A stretch of 63,508 nt of DNA, filler included, from Atractiella rhizophila (Eukaryota): the NCBI GenBank assembly GCA_021432655.1. It is 10 parts of 9 records of this genome, joined end to end, with 100 filler letters (N's around TTAATTAATTAA, not from the genome) between each part and the next. Parts side by side here need not be neighbours in the genome. Positions count along the whole stretch, not along the records: positions 34,864 to 41,987 come from MU272239.1; positions 42,088 to 49,167 come from MU272240.1; 8 more parts are not named here. The stretch is one strand, 5' to 3'. Shown here in pieces: positions 34,957 to 48,836 of this stretch (position 1 is the first letter of the stretch; every line of letters starts with the position of its first letter). The position numbers and the translations under genes were made by a program. The notes beneath the pieces are model-generated. The model saw only the letters and a list, made by a program, of their open reading frames with translations, ran no database searches and was not told the DNA's origin.

Positions 34957-36917
34957 TCATTTATCCCCATCTTGAGTTTGCGAGTGATTAGAGGGCCAAT
35001 TAAAATCCGAACGACCGGTCAATAAACCGCCAGTCAAAGCGCTGGCGAAATCAAAGCCTTGCTCCTTTGCGCCTTCGTTTTGAGGATGATGAGAATTGAA
35101 GATGCTAGAGAGGTGTTGTCGCTGCTGAGAGTACATTTCACATCAGCCCTTCATCTTCAATAGGCAGAGAAAGATTCTCACTTCGTTTTCTCTCCGCTCA
35201 TGGACAGAAGCGCCGAACAACAACGCCTCCAGATCATCCGCATGCGTCGTCCCTCCCACCCTCTCCTTCTTGTGCGAAACCTCCGACCCGTGATCCCCAT
35301 CTCGATCTGGTGCCTTCCTCTTCCTCCCTCCACTGCCACTCCCAGATGGCTCCTCCAATCCCGGAGAAGTGGTGAGCAGTCTTGAAAGAGGGGTATCCCT
35401 ATGGTCGCCATTACCGGTCCCGGAGGAGGAAGAAGTAGACAACGCGTTCCTCTCCATTGATTTTTGGTTCTCAGCCCATCCGTTCAACAGCGCGAAATCA
35501 ATGTTAGACCCGCCCCCACTTCCTGCTCCCATACCTATTCCCACTCCACCAGCTAGAGCAGGGAAGCCAGGGATCGGTTGTCCAGCGTGATGATGATTAT
35601 ACGAAGTACCATAGAGACCAGTCAAGTAACCGAGAGAGGTGGCAGCGGCAGCGGCGGCTGCAGCCGATGGCGAGGTGGAGGGAGGCAGGTAGGGGTATCC
35701 TGGAGCGGGATACAATCGTGGATCGTACCCACTAAGAAAGGGAGCACCGTAGTATGCATTCGTGGGAGAGAGATAGGCTTGTGTCATCGAGGCAGGCATG
35801 GGCGGTGGACGTTGCAGCTGCATCGCGGCGACTTGAGAGCTGGTTTGTAAATTTTGTGCTGGCGGTGACTGAGCAGGAGTAAGATCAACCGTGATAGATG
35901 TTGAGGAAAGGATACAGCGATTGCAGGCTAAATATACTCGATGGAAGACAAATGTAAGGCAGAAGAAGGCTTCGATTCATGAGATAGAAATGCTACCTGG
36001 AAACCAACAGAGTCTGCCAATTCGAAGTGAAACGGAATCGTAATGTGTGCAACATGCGAAAAGCAAATGGGTGCCAACGATCGGGAAACTATCTCGCAGG
36101 CCACTAGTGTCACGCATTATGTTTGCTTCTCTTTGCGATTCAATGTAGAACGAACAGTAAAAGGTAAGAGCAGGTAGGCAGGCAAAAATGTCGCAATTTC
36201 ACCACAGTGACGAATAAAGAACGGTTCCCATTCAATTTAACGGATTCAAACCAGCATCAAGAGTACTTCCTTCTCATGGTTGGAGGAGAGAAGAAGTAGT
36301 AGCATTGACTGGATGCCTCAAGGAGGAACTGGTCTGGTCGTGTGACTCAGGATAGGACGAAATCCTCTCTTGCAACCGAAATGGATCTAGCAATAATAAA
36401 CGAGAGAGTAAAGACGCACCTCTTCCCTCTTTTTCTTTTCCCTGACCTCCTCCTCGCTAACCTCTGGTTCCTCTTCTTCCTCCTCTTCCTCATCAGAACT
36501 ATCATCTTTCCTCTTCTTTCCTTTCGACACCTCGACTTTTCCTCCGCCTCCGCCGGTAGCGCCATTCCCACCACCTCCTCCTCCACCGCTAGATTTTCCA
36601 CCCTCAAAGTCCCTTCTCCCCTTCCGTTCCTTCGTCTCACCCTCCCACCCAGTATATCTCAACAAGATTTTGTCCATATCCTCACCAGCCTCTCCCTTTC
36701 CATTCCCACTCGTACCATGCCCATTCACGCAATCCATGGACGAAGCAAACTCGTACAGCTTCCCATTGCCGCTAAACACGATGACGGCGACGTCTGCGTT
36801 GCAGAGGACGCCAAGCTCGTACGCCTTTTTGAAGAGTCCGTTCTTCCTCTTGAGGAAGGTGACGGATCGATTGCGGTCGTCTGGAATCGGTTGGATGAGG
36901 ATCTTTCTTCTTCCCAT
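34957..36917 (-). CDS. MEF2/Rlm1-type MADS-box transcription factor (probable exons 36917-36420, 35868-~35181, ~35124-34957)
   Basis: [49 protein letters not shown] downstream P/Y/A-rich exon and a terminal exon ending [16 protein letters not shown] join in frame. The MADS box is certain; the exon joins are inferred. Confidence 0.85.
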
Positions 36918-37351
36918 CTTCCTTTGCTTCAATCAAAGCAACCGTGGGAAAAACCGTGAAGGGGTGCCCCCCTCCCAAACCGGCGCAAGGGGCCCTTTGG
37001 AAGGGAATTCCGCCCGCTGAAGACGGTCCTGCTGAGCTCAGGGGATCTGCAGGGATCTGGGCAGCTGAGGAGGGCAAGCGAGAGTGGTGGAATAAGAAGA
37101 AGTGAGGGGAGAATGAAAAAAGATGTCCTATTATTAAAAAGCCTATTTGTGTCCGTTCTATTTTCAGACCGACGCTATTCCTGCCGCCGTTCGGCCTCGC
37201 CCTAACCCTAAGACGCCTCGCCGCCGAACTCAGCACGACGCGAAAAGACCAGAAAACACGTTACTCGTTTTGTTTTTGTCGAAGACGTTAATTAAGTGAT
37301 ACAGGCATTAATATATCTCGGTATTAGTATTACGATAGGTGATAAAGGAGG

Positions 37352-40028
<2,677 letters not shown>

Positions 40029-42087
40029 AGAGAACGAAGGACGCCCCCGAAGCGAACCTCTTGCATTCAGCCGGCTTTTTGAGCTAGCGGAGGCGGAGCG
40101 AAGAGTGAGGTCTGTGTATATAAGCACCTTTTCCTTTCAGTTTGGTCGCACACTCCTCAGGCGGTATGGAATTTCAGAGCCCTACGATACCGAAGTTCCC
40201 AGAGGTTTTAGTTGGCAAAGGGGACAAGTGAGGGTTGTTTCGGTGGGTCGGTTCAAACTGCAGTTCCGTTTCTTCGTTTTTGTTCCGCCGCTCTTCAGCA
40301 CTCCAGCGACAAAATCGCAACTGCCAGGGCGTCAACGCAAATAACTCAGATGCAAGTAGATTGTGGAAACTCTTATAGTATTTGACAACAAGTGTTACAG
40401 CAGTTATACTTTTTTTCTATATGGAATAATGCAAGCATTGGCACACTGGTGGTCAAAACAGAATTGCTTCTCCTCGCTCTAGTTGTGCACTCATGAATGT
40501 GTTCCGAGTTGAACAAGCGATCGAAGCCGTGCTCCCAGTCTTCCTTAATAAATTGGAGTTTCATCATTCTCGCTAGAGGACGCGATCAATGGCAGTTGAA
40601 GGATATATATAATGGATTATGAGGCGCCACTTTACTTTCAGTGAAGTTTGGTGAGGGATGACACTGCAAGGTGAAGATAAAGAGCTCTGAAATTCTGTAC
40701 TCTAGGGTCTTTTCGGTATAACGATCCAGCCTGATAGCGAGTCAATCAATGGTTGGAAGGCTTTTAGCGGCTGTCCGCATCCAAACAACTTCAAAGGGCT
40801 TGCGCTTGCGTTGTAAGCAGCAATGTGACGCTTATTTAACTGAACAAAGTCAGCTTTGTGTGGGCCTGGCAATTTCAGCCTCTATTTTGTTGCATCAAAC
40901 TTTCATTTTTGATGGTGAGCTTGTGGTTCATTAATTTCTGTCGCATCCCAGATCTGCTATATTATCGAAAGCGTGAGTGCTTGCTGTTCTAGAAACTGGG
41001 ATTTGACTAATTTAGTGGAATCGACCCACGCGAGCAGATCTCAGCAGATACGTCTGTGCTCAGAAATGCCTAGGTTCAAGCAAGTTGCTTCAGGACTACC
41101 TAGATGGATGCGAGTTGTCAGAACATCTTCCAGAGCTATTACAATGACCTTTGCTTAACATCACACGTGACTTGCTAGAGAAAACTCATGCCCATTTTGC
41201 CAGCTTTCAGGTAAGCGTGGGGGCTGCAACAATATATCATTTCACTGCCATTCAGTAATAATCCTCACACTTAATCGCGAAAGTTCAGATCTTTCAGAGT
41301 GCAGACAGGCACAAGTAGTACTTTCAAGGATCGATATCTGGGAGCACTTCTTGCTCTCCGGCTGAGCAGAAAATATCCTTTCTCCCTTTCATTCTCCCTG
41401 TTCTTCCAGGTGAAACCGATGGGTGCTGCGACGTTTGGGGAACAAACAGCAAAACAGAATTAGGGAACGTGGAGAGGCTCACCTTTTCAAAAGCTTGTTC
41501 GGTGGGGTCCCAGATATCTCATAGAAATGAGCGCCGTGTTTACTGGAGCTTCCTTAGGCTGTGATGTGTGTGTGATAGACTCAGGTTGCGCCTGGATTCC
41601 TCCTGCATCCACCCTTTCCCGCATTGCTGGGTCCAGGTTGACGGTCCGTGTCGGCCGCTCACAGGCCCGTTTCATGTTACTTCCAGGTCTCAAATATTCA
41701 AACGATGCACCTGCTTTGAAGCTGTCCATTCAATTTACCGGAAATTGGCCGTTCTCTGTCTCCCGAGATTGGCAATTTCACCGACAGAAACCTGGGGAGT
41801 GCAAGAAGAAGATCGCGGGGTCATCCATAAAAGGCTTTGCTGCCTTCTTCAGCAGGCGCGACTCTCTCGACGCCCATCAACAAGGTGAGTCTCGCTCGGT
41901 ATTCGGTAAACAACCTAGCCAACGTAATTTTGAAACAGGAAAGTCGACTACCATGGCTTCCGATTCTGTTAGGTCCCCGTCATTGACNNNNNNNNNNNNN
42001 NNNNNNNNNNNNNNNNNNNNNNNNNNNNNNNTTAATTAATTAANNNNNNNNNNNNNNNNNNNNNNNNNNNNNNNNNNNNNNNNNNNN

Positions 42088-43050
42088 AAGTCCGAATCAT
42101 TAGGGATCGGGTTCTCCTGCCTCTTTTCCTTCTTGACTGTTTGACAATCAATCAGGCTTTGAGGAAGAATACGAATCAAAGGACGAACAAGGCACAATTT
42201 CGCCGTTCACGACTTTAGTGGGGAAGTCAGAGTCGTTAGGAATGGGGTTCTCCTGCCTCTTCTCTTTGATGACTGTGTATCAACCAGTCAGTACTGGAGC
42301 AAGACAGACTTTTGAGACGACGAACAAGGCACGATCTCTCCATTCACTACTTTCGTAGGAAAGTCCGAATCATTAGGGATCGGGTTCTCCTGCCTCTTCT
42401 CCTTCTTGACTGTTTATGAAGGGGTTAGGTTTTGAGAAGAACACGAGTCCAAAGACGAACAAGGCACAATCTCTCCGTTCACTACTTTTGTAGGAAAGTC
42501 CGAATCATTAGGGATCGGGTTCTCCTGTCTCTTTTCCTTCTTGACTATCCATCATCCAACAGTCAGTTAGCGAGAGAGAGGCAGAGACGTAGAAAGACCA
42601 ACAAGGTACGATTTCTCCATTCACTACTTTTGTAGGAAAGTCGGAATCATTTGGGATCGGATTCTCCTGCCTCTTTTCCTTCTTGACTATTCATCCACTG
42701 CCAGTCAGTGTGCGACGAAGTGGTAAGCATTGGAAACACGAACAAGGCACGATTTCTCCATTCACTACTTTTGTAGGAAAGTCAGAGTCATTAGGAATCG
42801 GATTCTCCTGTCTCTCTTCCAACACAACGTCCGAATCAACAATCGCCACCCTTCGAACCTTCGTCCTCCTGCCCCTCTTCGCCTTCTTCCCGGACGACCC
42901 AAAGGCAGTGATGACGCCGTTGACGGATTTGGTGGCGAAGTCGCTGTCGTTCGGGAGCGGATTCAGTCCTTGTTCCTGGGGTTGGGGTACGGGGAGGGAG
43001 AAGATTTGGAGTGGGAGGAGAGCGAGGGGGAGGAGGAGTTGGATGTGCAT
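42088..43050 (-). CDS. Secreted Kex2-processed repeat-peptide precursor (KEP), one repeat per exon, 3'-truncated by contig end
   Basis: Exons 43050-42744, 42686-42603, 42544-42461, 42409-42326, 42272-42189 and 42136-<42088; GT-AG introns of 57, 58, 51, 53 and 52 nt. Signal peptide MHIQLLLPLALLPLQIFS; repeat QENPIPNDSDFPTKVVNGEIVPF(K/I)KEKR. Confidence 0.9.
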
Positions 43051-44096
43051 GTTGAGCAGATTGCAGATTAGTTTGTGGAAGGAAGAATGTAGATGGTGAA
43101 AGTCAAGTCGAAGGATGAAGACCTGCTCGGGCGAAAGATGAAGTTCACTGAACGATTGGAGAGAAGCAAAGGAATGTGTTCTGTCAAAGAACGTCAAGAG
43201 GTCTACTCGACAGAGCTGGAGGAAGACAAGAAGCGCAGAGGGAGTGGGCAGAATGAAAGGATGTATATATATTATTCAATGCTTGACCGGGAATCAATTC
43301 ATCATGCTGAGCCTTCGGTGAATACGATGCATGCTCCAGTGGTTCGATGCGTTGCGAAGACGTGAGCTGCGTTTCAGCAATTCATTCTTTCAGTTCCAGG
43401 ACATCATTGCCACGTGCCCAAACACGTCTATGCTGTCCGTACTGCCTGCGTACCTCAATGGTCAGGTGACGTGTGAAGCTGCCACTCTGAAGCGCGAAGT
43501 ACCTTTTTCTCTTTTTCTCCGTGCTATCCACAACAACTGAGCTAATGGCTGCATATCCCGAGCAAGCCGACTCGTGAAACTCGGGTTATCTCGTTAAATC
43601 GTTTGAACGGCACGGGACGCAGCTAGAAAATCAAAAGCAAACAGCAAGGTGAATCGGTACCAACAGCTCGGACTATTACCAGGGGTCCATCGCAATTCTA
43701 GTAGTTGTAACGACTGGTGACAAAAGGATATGTTGATGTGACAGACGTCCCGACTTTCATCCACCTAAGGTTTGCAAAAGCGAAAGCAAAAGCAATGTTC
43801 TGCTAATAAATTTACTTGTTGTCATGTTTTCATATTCCTGCGTGCACACTTCCATCGTTGCACGAAGCACTAACAACTTTGCAAATGTGAACAGATACTC
43901 GAGATGAATTGAAGGTATATTATTTTTTAAGGTCGAAAATTGGAGCTATGTTGATTAGGATCACAAGTGTGCTACAGTACAAGTTTTTTCTGATGAATAC
44001 AATCGGTTACAATATGCTTTTGATAAAGAGACTCGAAATCTATCATAAACTGCAAATGCGACGAATAGACCGAAAGGATCACAATGTACACAATGT

Positions 44097-46139
44097 CTAC
44101 GCCTGAGCGTACTTGCTCCACTTCCTAATCTCAGCACCCTTCTTATAGAAGAAGAACAAGATGGGAATCATGATTGCGCTCAATCCCGCCAGGAGGGAAG
44201 AGCCGCCTCCAACTCCGAGAGTCTTGAAGAGGGCGTGGCCGAAGAGAGGGAAAGCTGCGCCACCGCTCGACCTGAACAAGTCGTTTCCGGCGAGTAGGGA
44301 AGCGGCGTAAAGGGGATAGGACATGGGTAGGTAGACGATACAGGATTGGAAGAGAAGGAAGATGCCGGGGATGTAGAGGGAGGCGGAGGCGGCGATGATG
44401 GGACCCATCCAGTGGACTGAGGGACGAGAGAGCCAACCTATTATCAAATGATCGTTAGCACTTCGTCCTACGCATGAAAATGTGGGAAGACATACCAAAA
44501 AGAAGTAGAGACACTGGAATAAACAAACTTGCGACAAGGGCAACTTGTAGCCTCTCTTCAGGCACGAGAACTCCTGTGCGACGGAACTTGGGTTCGACGT
44601 GATAGTATTGGAAGGCGGCATATCCAGCGAAGGCTAGGAAACAACCGACGGCGATGCCGATGAATGGGAGTCCTTGAAGGCCTAGATTGAAGCCGTAGAT
44701 CTCTCCAAAGACGATTGGGAAGGCTTCAAACCTGCGGAATAATCAGTACTGTGATTCACGAGAGGACACTAGCACCATACCATAAGTAGAAAATGGAATA
44801 AGCCAATGCGATATACACGTTGATGAACAGCACCGCAGGCTCCAGCGCGAGCTGGAAAGGTCTCACGAGGGCTTCGTACAGCACATCCTTCGTTGTGGTG
44901 TTAGCCTGATCGATCTCGCTCTTCGACCTGAGGTTGTTGTTGCCAGTGATCTTTCTCAGCCTCTCGGCGCGCTTAAGGAGGATAGTCGCTGCATTCGTCT
45001 CCGGGAGTATGAAAGACAGAACGAGGAGCGCGAATCCGGAGATCATGAGGAGTTCGTAGAGTGGCCAGCGCCATCCAGCGTTCATAGCCGCGAAACCGCT
45101 GATGACTGGTCCCAAAACCTTTATTTGCCTTGATCAGCATTATTCGAGCAGAGACGTAGCGAGAAAGACGTACAGGTCCAAGGACAGCGCCGACGCTCCA
45201 CAGACCAATCACGTAAGGCATCTTCATCGGTGCCCAGATATCTGCCAAACTCGCTCCTCCCGTCGCAAGAGCTGGTGAGCCAACGAAACCAGTGAGGAAG
45301 CGCATGGCCATGAGGACGCTGTAGTTCGAGGTCGTGACAGCGGGAATCTGGAGGATGACGAAGAGGAAGAGTGTTGCCATGTAGATCGGGTTGCGACCAA
45401 TGGCTGGGACTTCCGACAGCGGTGAAAGAATCATCGGACCTATTCTATCGGTGTAAGGATAATCACACTCTACCTAACGCATAATACGTACCAATACCGT
45501 ATCCGAGGACGAAGAGAGAGAGGCCCAAGATCGCCTTCGTTTGCGAGACATGAAAGTACTCCATGACTCCCGGGATAGATGATGAGCTAATGCATGCCAT
45601 AAGCCACCTATTTCGCAATTGAAGTAGGAGAGAGAGACGCACTAGATTGCACTACCAATGTATACCGAAAATGTGAGCAACATGATGGCCGCAGTCACCA
45701 CGCTCTTCTTCCTGAAGCTCCAATTTTGGGGGTTCTCCTGATCGTCGTCTGCGTACCATCCCACCAAAAAGACATCCTCCTCAGCAACCTTCTCCCCTTC
45801 CTTCCCCTTCTCCAGGTCGCCTACTAAAGTCTCAGTCCTCGATACTGGAAGCTTCTCCTTGCTCGCTGTCCGCGACAGTGCACGGGCGGTCTCGTCCACA
45901 AGGGTATCGTTCCGCTCGATCTCGAGCGTCTTCTTTACCGCTAGTCTTTCCGGGCGAGATGGGGCTTCCGAAACGAGGGTATCTATAGATGCATTATTCG
46001 AAGCTCGGATTGGCCGTTTTTGCAGGAATTTTGAGGGGATTTCGAAGTCTCGTCGCTCTTCGGGATAAGGAAGAAACCGCCCTTTGGAAGCTGCGTGAAT
46101 AAACTGTCCAATTATTGATTCTCGTAGTAGTGCAGACAT
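44097..46139 (-). CDS. MFS multidrug transporter, DHA1 family (Flr1/Caf5/Mdr1-like), multi-exon
   Basis: [104 protein letters not shown]. Confidence 0.93.
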
Positions 46140-48149
46140 TATTGCTTGGGGTTAATCTAAAGTAGAGTCTATACGTCGATGGTTGTTGGCTTAGAATGTG
46201 AGTGGGATTGACGCTCACCTCTCCCTCTTGTAGACCCTTTTAAACGCTCCCTCCGCCTCCACATCCTGAATGAAAAATCTCATAATCCACTAACAATTTT
46301 CTTACCGCCGACGCCCTCGCCGCGCTGAGCCACAAAATTCTCGCTTTGTTGCTGACTGAAAGTGGAGTAATCAATGTCAGAGTTCAACAATCCGGCCTTC
46401 CAGAACACTTATGACGCCAGAGTGAAACCGTCTTCGGCGTCGGCGTTGATTACACCTTCCTCCACCTTCCAGAACTTCTACAATGACGTAACGTTAAGTC
46501 GGTGTTAGCTCCTGCTCCACCACCGCAGGAATAAAGGAAGAGACGGTCTTTCAGCAACTTGGCTTTTTAGCGCGTTATGACCACAGCGATCGTTATGCGA
46601 CAGGCATCTGGACATTCTTGCGGACATTTTTCTTCACCATGATGCGGAGGGTTGTGTTGGACAGTGGATTAAGGTGGCCAGTACGTATATCCGTGATGGA
46701 AAAAGGATGAAAGGAAAGGGATCATTCTAGATAGTGATTTAAAGCTGGAGGACAAGCCAATTTGTCGATACCTTATAAAAGTTGTGTCTGAGTGCAGCAA
46801 TTTCGAAGTAAAGTCAGCATGCGAGGTTCTTGTTGCTGATTTGGCAAAACTCAATCTGGTTAAAGCTTCATCGCGAGTAGCTGGAAACATGACTTGATAA
46901 GTTCAATAAATCTAAATCGGTGCAGGCACACTACCGTCTTATCAATTCCTGGATGCCATTGCTTCTCGTTTCACTTCATTGCAATCAACTGGGACCTTTA
47001 ACGAACGATAGTTGGGAATTATGAAGTTCTCATCGGGTTTTAAAGGACTCTAAACGGCATTGTTGGCATCTTTGAGCGGTGGACTAAGCATTACTTTCTG
47101 TCTTCATACTTCTCCCTCAGTTTCACTCTCTTCAGCTTCAGTTTTCATCCCCTACATCGCTTTCCGGAACCCGAAGATCAGTAGGATCCCTAAAACATTG
47201 TGAATCAAGTGCTGATATTGAAGTAAAACTACTGTCTGCATTGGTCCAGGACGGTAGTCTCCATAATAATTCATGGCATCTTCCACTCGTACCATCTGTC
47301 GAGTTCCTAAACGAAGATATCCAGCAATAAAGGTGGACGCGGACTGTCATATGTGAGGTGTCGACTGTTCTGAAAACGTGCCATCGCAGCATAATCTTCA
47401 TCAAATTCTCGAACTCATTTCTGGCACTTCACCAGCATAACTTGACGCAAATGTCGGGATTGACTGGTACCACGTTGTAGAACTCTGGAGAGTCACGAAT
47501 ACGTTGAAGGACTTCTTCCCTGGTAGGCATTTCGGTAATCTCTATATTTTTTTTGCGTGGAAGAAACCGACAAAAGGCGTCCGCTACCAGCTGTGAGAAG
47601 CTTAGAGCATGGGAAATATCAGGCCAGGTCGGGAGGCTCATATATTCTATCACAGCGAAGCCAATAAGGAGGAGGATCCTCTGGGTCGAACCAGTGCCTC
47701 TAATTAACTGGATTTGCTTGAAGGTCTCTGCTCACTCGGTATCAATTAATAAAGGCCAGGATCAGTTGGTACATTGCTAAGCGTTGCATACTTGCTTCGT
47801 CAATAAGAAGCTTTAAGAGCTTCAGCTCACCTTGTCGGCACAAATACTAGCTGATTAGCCAGCCGCAGCCTCCCGAGTATTATTTCATAATATTTAGTCC
47901 CAAGGCCATAGCGTTCTTTTTGCTACCGCCTTCGAGCGGATTCAAGCGGTCGAGGTCGTCGCTGGTTATCATGACGAAAGGACAGTTGTGAAATGTGAAA
48001 ATCAATCCGAAATGCCATCCGTTCTCTTCGCCACTGGCTGAAGGCAAGAATCAACAGGGATAATAGTAAAAGAAGGGAGGGCCCATTTACATTATACAGC
48101 ACAATAGCTTCACAACAGTTGCGTAGTGTACTCTCTGCTCAATAAATGG

Positions 48150-48836
48150 TCAATCGTAATGCTTCCTCCCCCACTCTTCTGTTCCGTTAGCTTCTGCTCG
48201 CAAATTCACTTTCATGATCCACTCCTTCACATGCACATCTTCCAGTCCAACCCCTCCCAGTTCCAAGATCGGTTTTGGGAGTTCTTTCTCATCGAACGAA
48301 CCTGCCTCCAGGAACAGAGAGGAAGCCGAAGACGCCTCGGAAGAGTAGTAAGGGGAAGAGTAGAAAGTGGCCTCTGAACTCGACAATGGTAAGGAAAAGT
48401 TGCGTCCTTCATCTGTTGGGCGAGGATTATAGTGGAGGAGAGCAGGTGGCAGAGACGGAGAACAGGTGCAGAGTGAGTCTAGATCCAAGGTCGTGTTGGC
48501 GTCGTCATCATCTCCGAGCCTTTTCGCCTTCGCCGTTGGCGTAGAGGCAGCGGAAAAGTCATTGACTTCGTGCTCTGTGATAGAAAGATGCCTAGTGGTT
48601 ATCCTCGGCGTTTCCCTCGAATTCGAAGACACAATAGGTGACGAGTTGCTTCTTTTCTGCTTCGGACGTTTCGACTGCGGCGTTGCCCCCAACAACTCGC
48701 CCTTGTCCCAGCGCTCCCACTCCCAGCTCAGTTCACCGCGCTCCGAGAACGCCTGGAGGGCAGCGAACTTTTTCTTCGCCTGCAAACCGGCCGTCATTAC
48801 CTCGTTGAGGCCAGTGGAGTTCGTCATCATCTTCAA
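48150..48836 (-). CDS. Hypothetical protein, 3' exon (Ser-rich), unidentified
   Basis: 228-aa ORF with coding-like composition; probably continues upstream to the contig end at 49167. No recognisable domain. Confidence 0.4.
   Translation of the reverse strand: MKMMTNSTGLNEVMTAGLQAKKKFAALQAFSERGELSWEWERWDKGELLGATPQSKRPKQKRSNSSPIVSSNSRETPRITTRHLSITEHEVNDFSAASTPTAKAKRLGDDDDANTTLDLDSLCTCSPSLPPALLHYNPRPTDEGRNFSLPLSSSEATFYSSPYYSSEASSASSLFLEAGSFDEKELPKPILELGGVGLEDVHVKEWIMKVNLRAEANGTEEWGRKHYD

Noticed and set aside
42088..42800. CRISPR-like look: conserved ~84-nt repeats separated by variable ~51-58 nt spacers
   Set aside because: The spacers have GT..branch..AG intron signals and the repeats vary at synonymous positions, so this is an exon array in a eukaryotic gene with no cas genes.
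47000..47960. Stop-interrupted minus-strand frame next to the MFS gene as a possible tailoring enzyme
   Set aside because: No HxxHC (DUF3328) or other enzyme motif; at best a decayed pseudogene.
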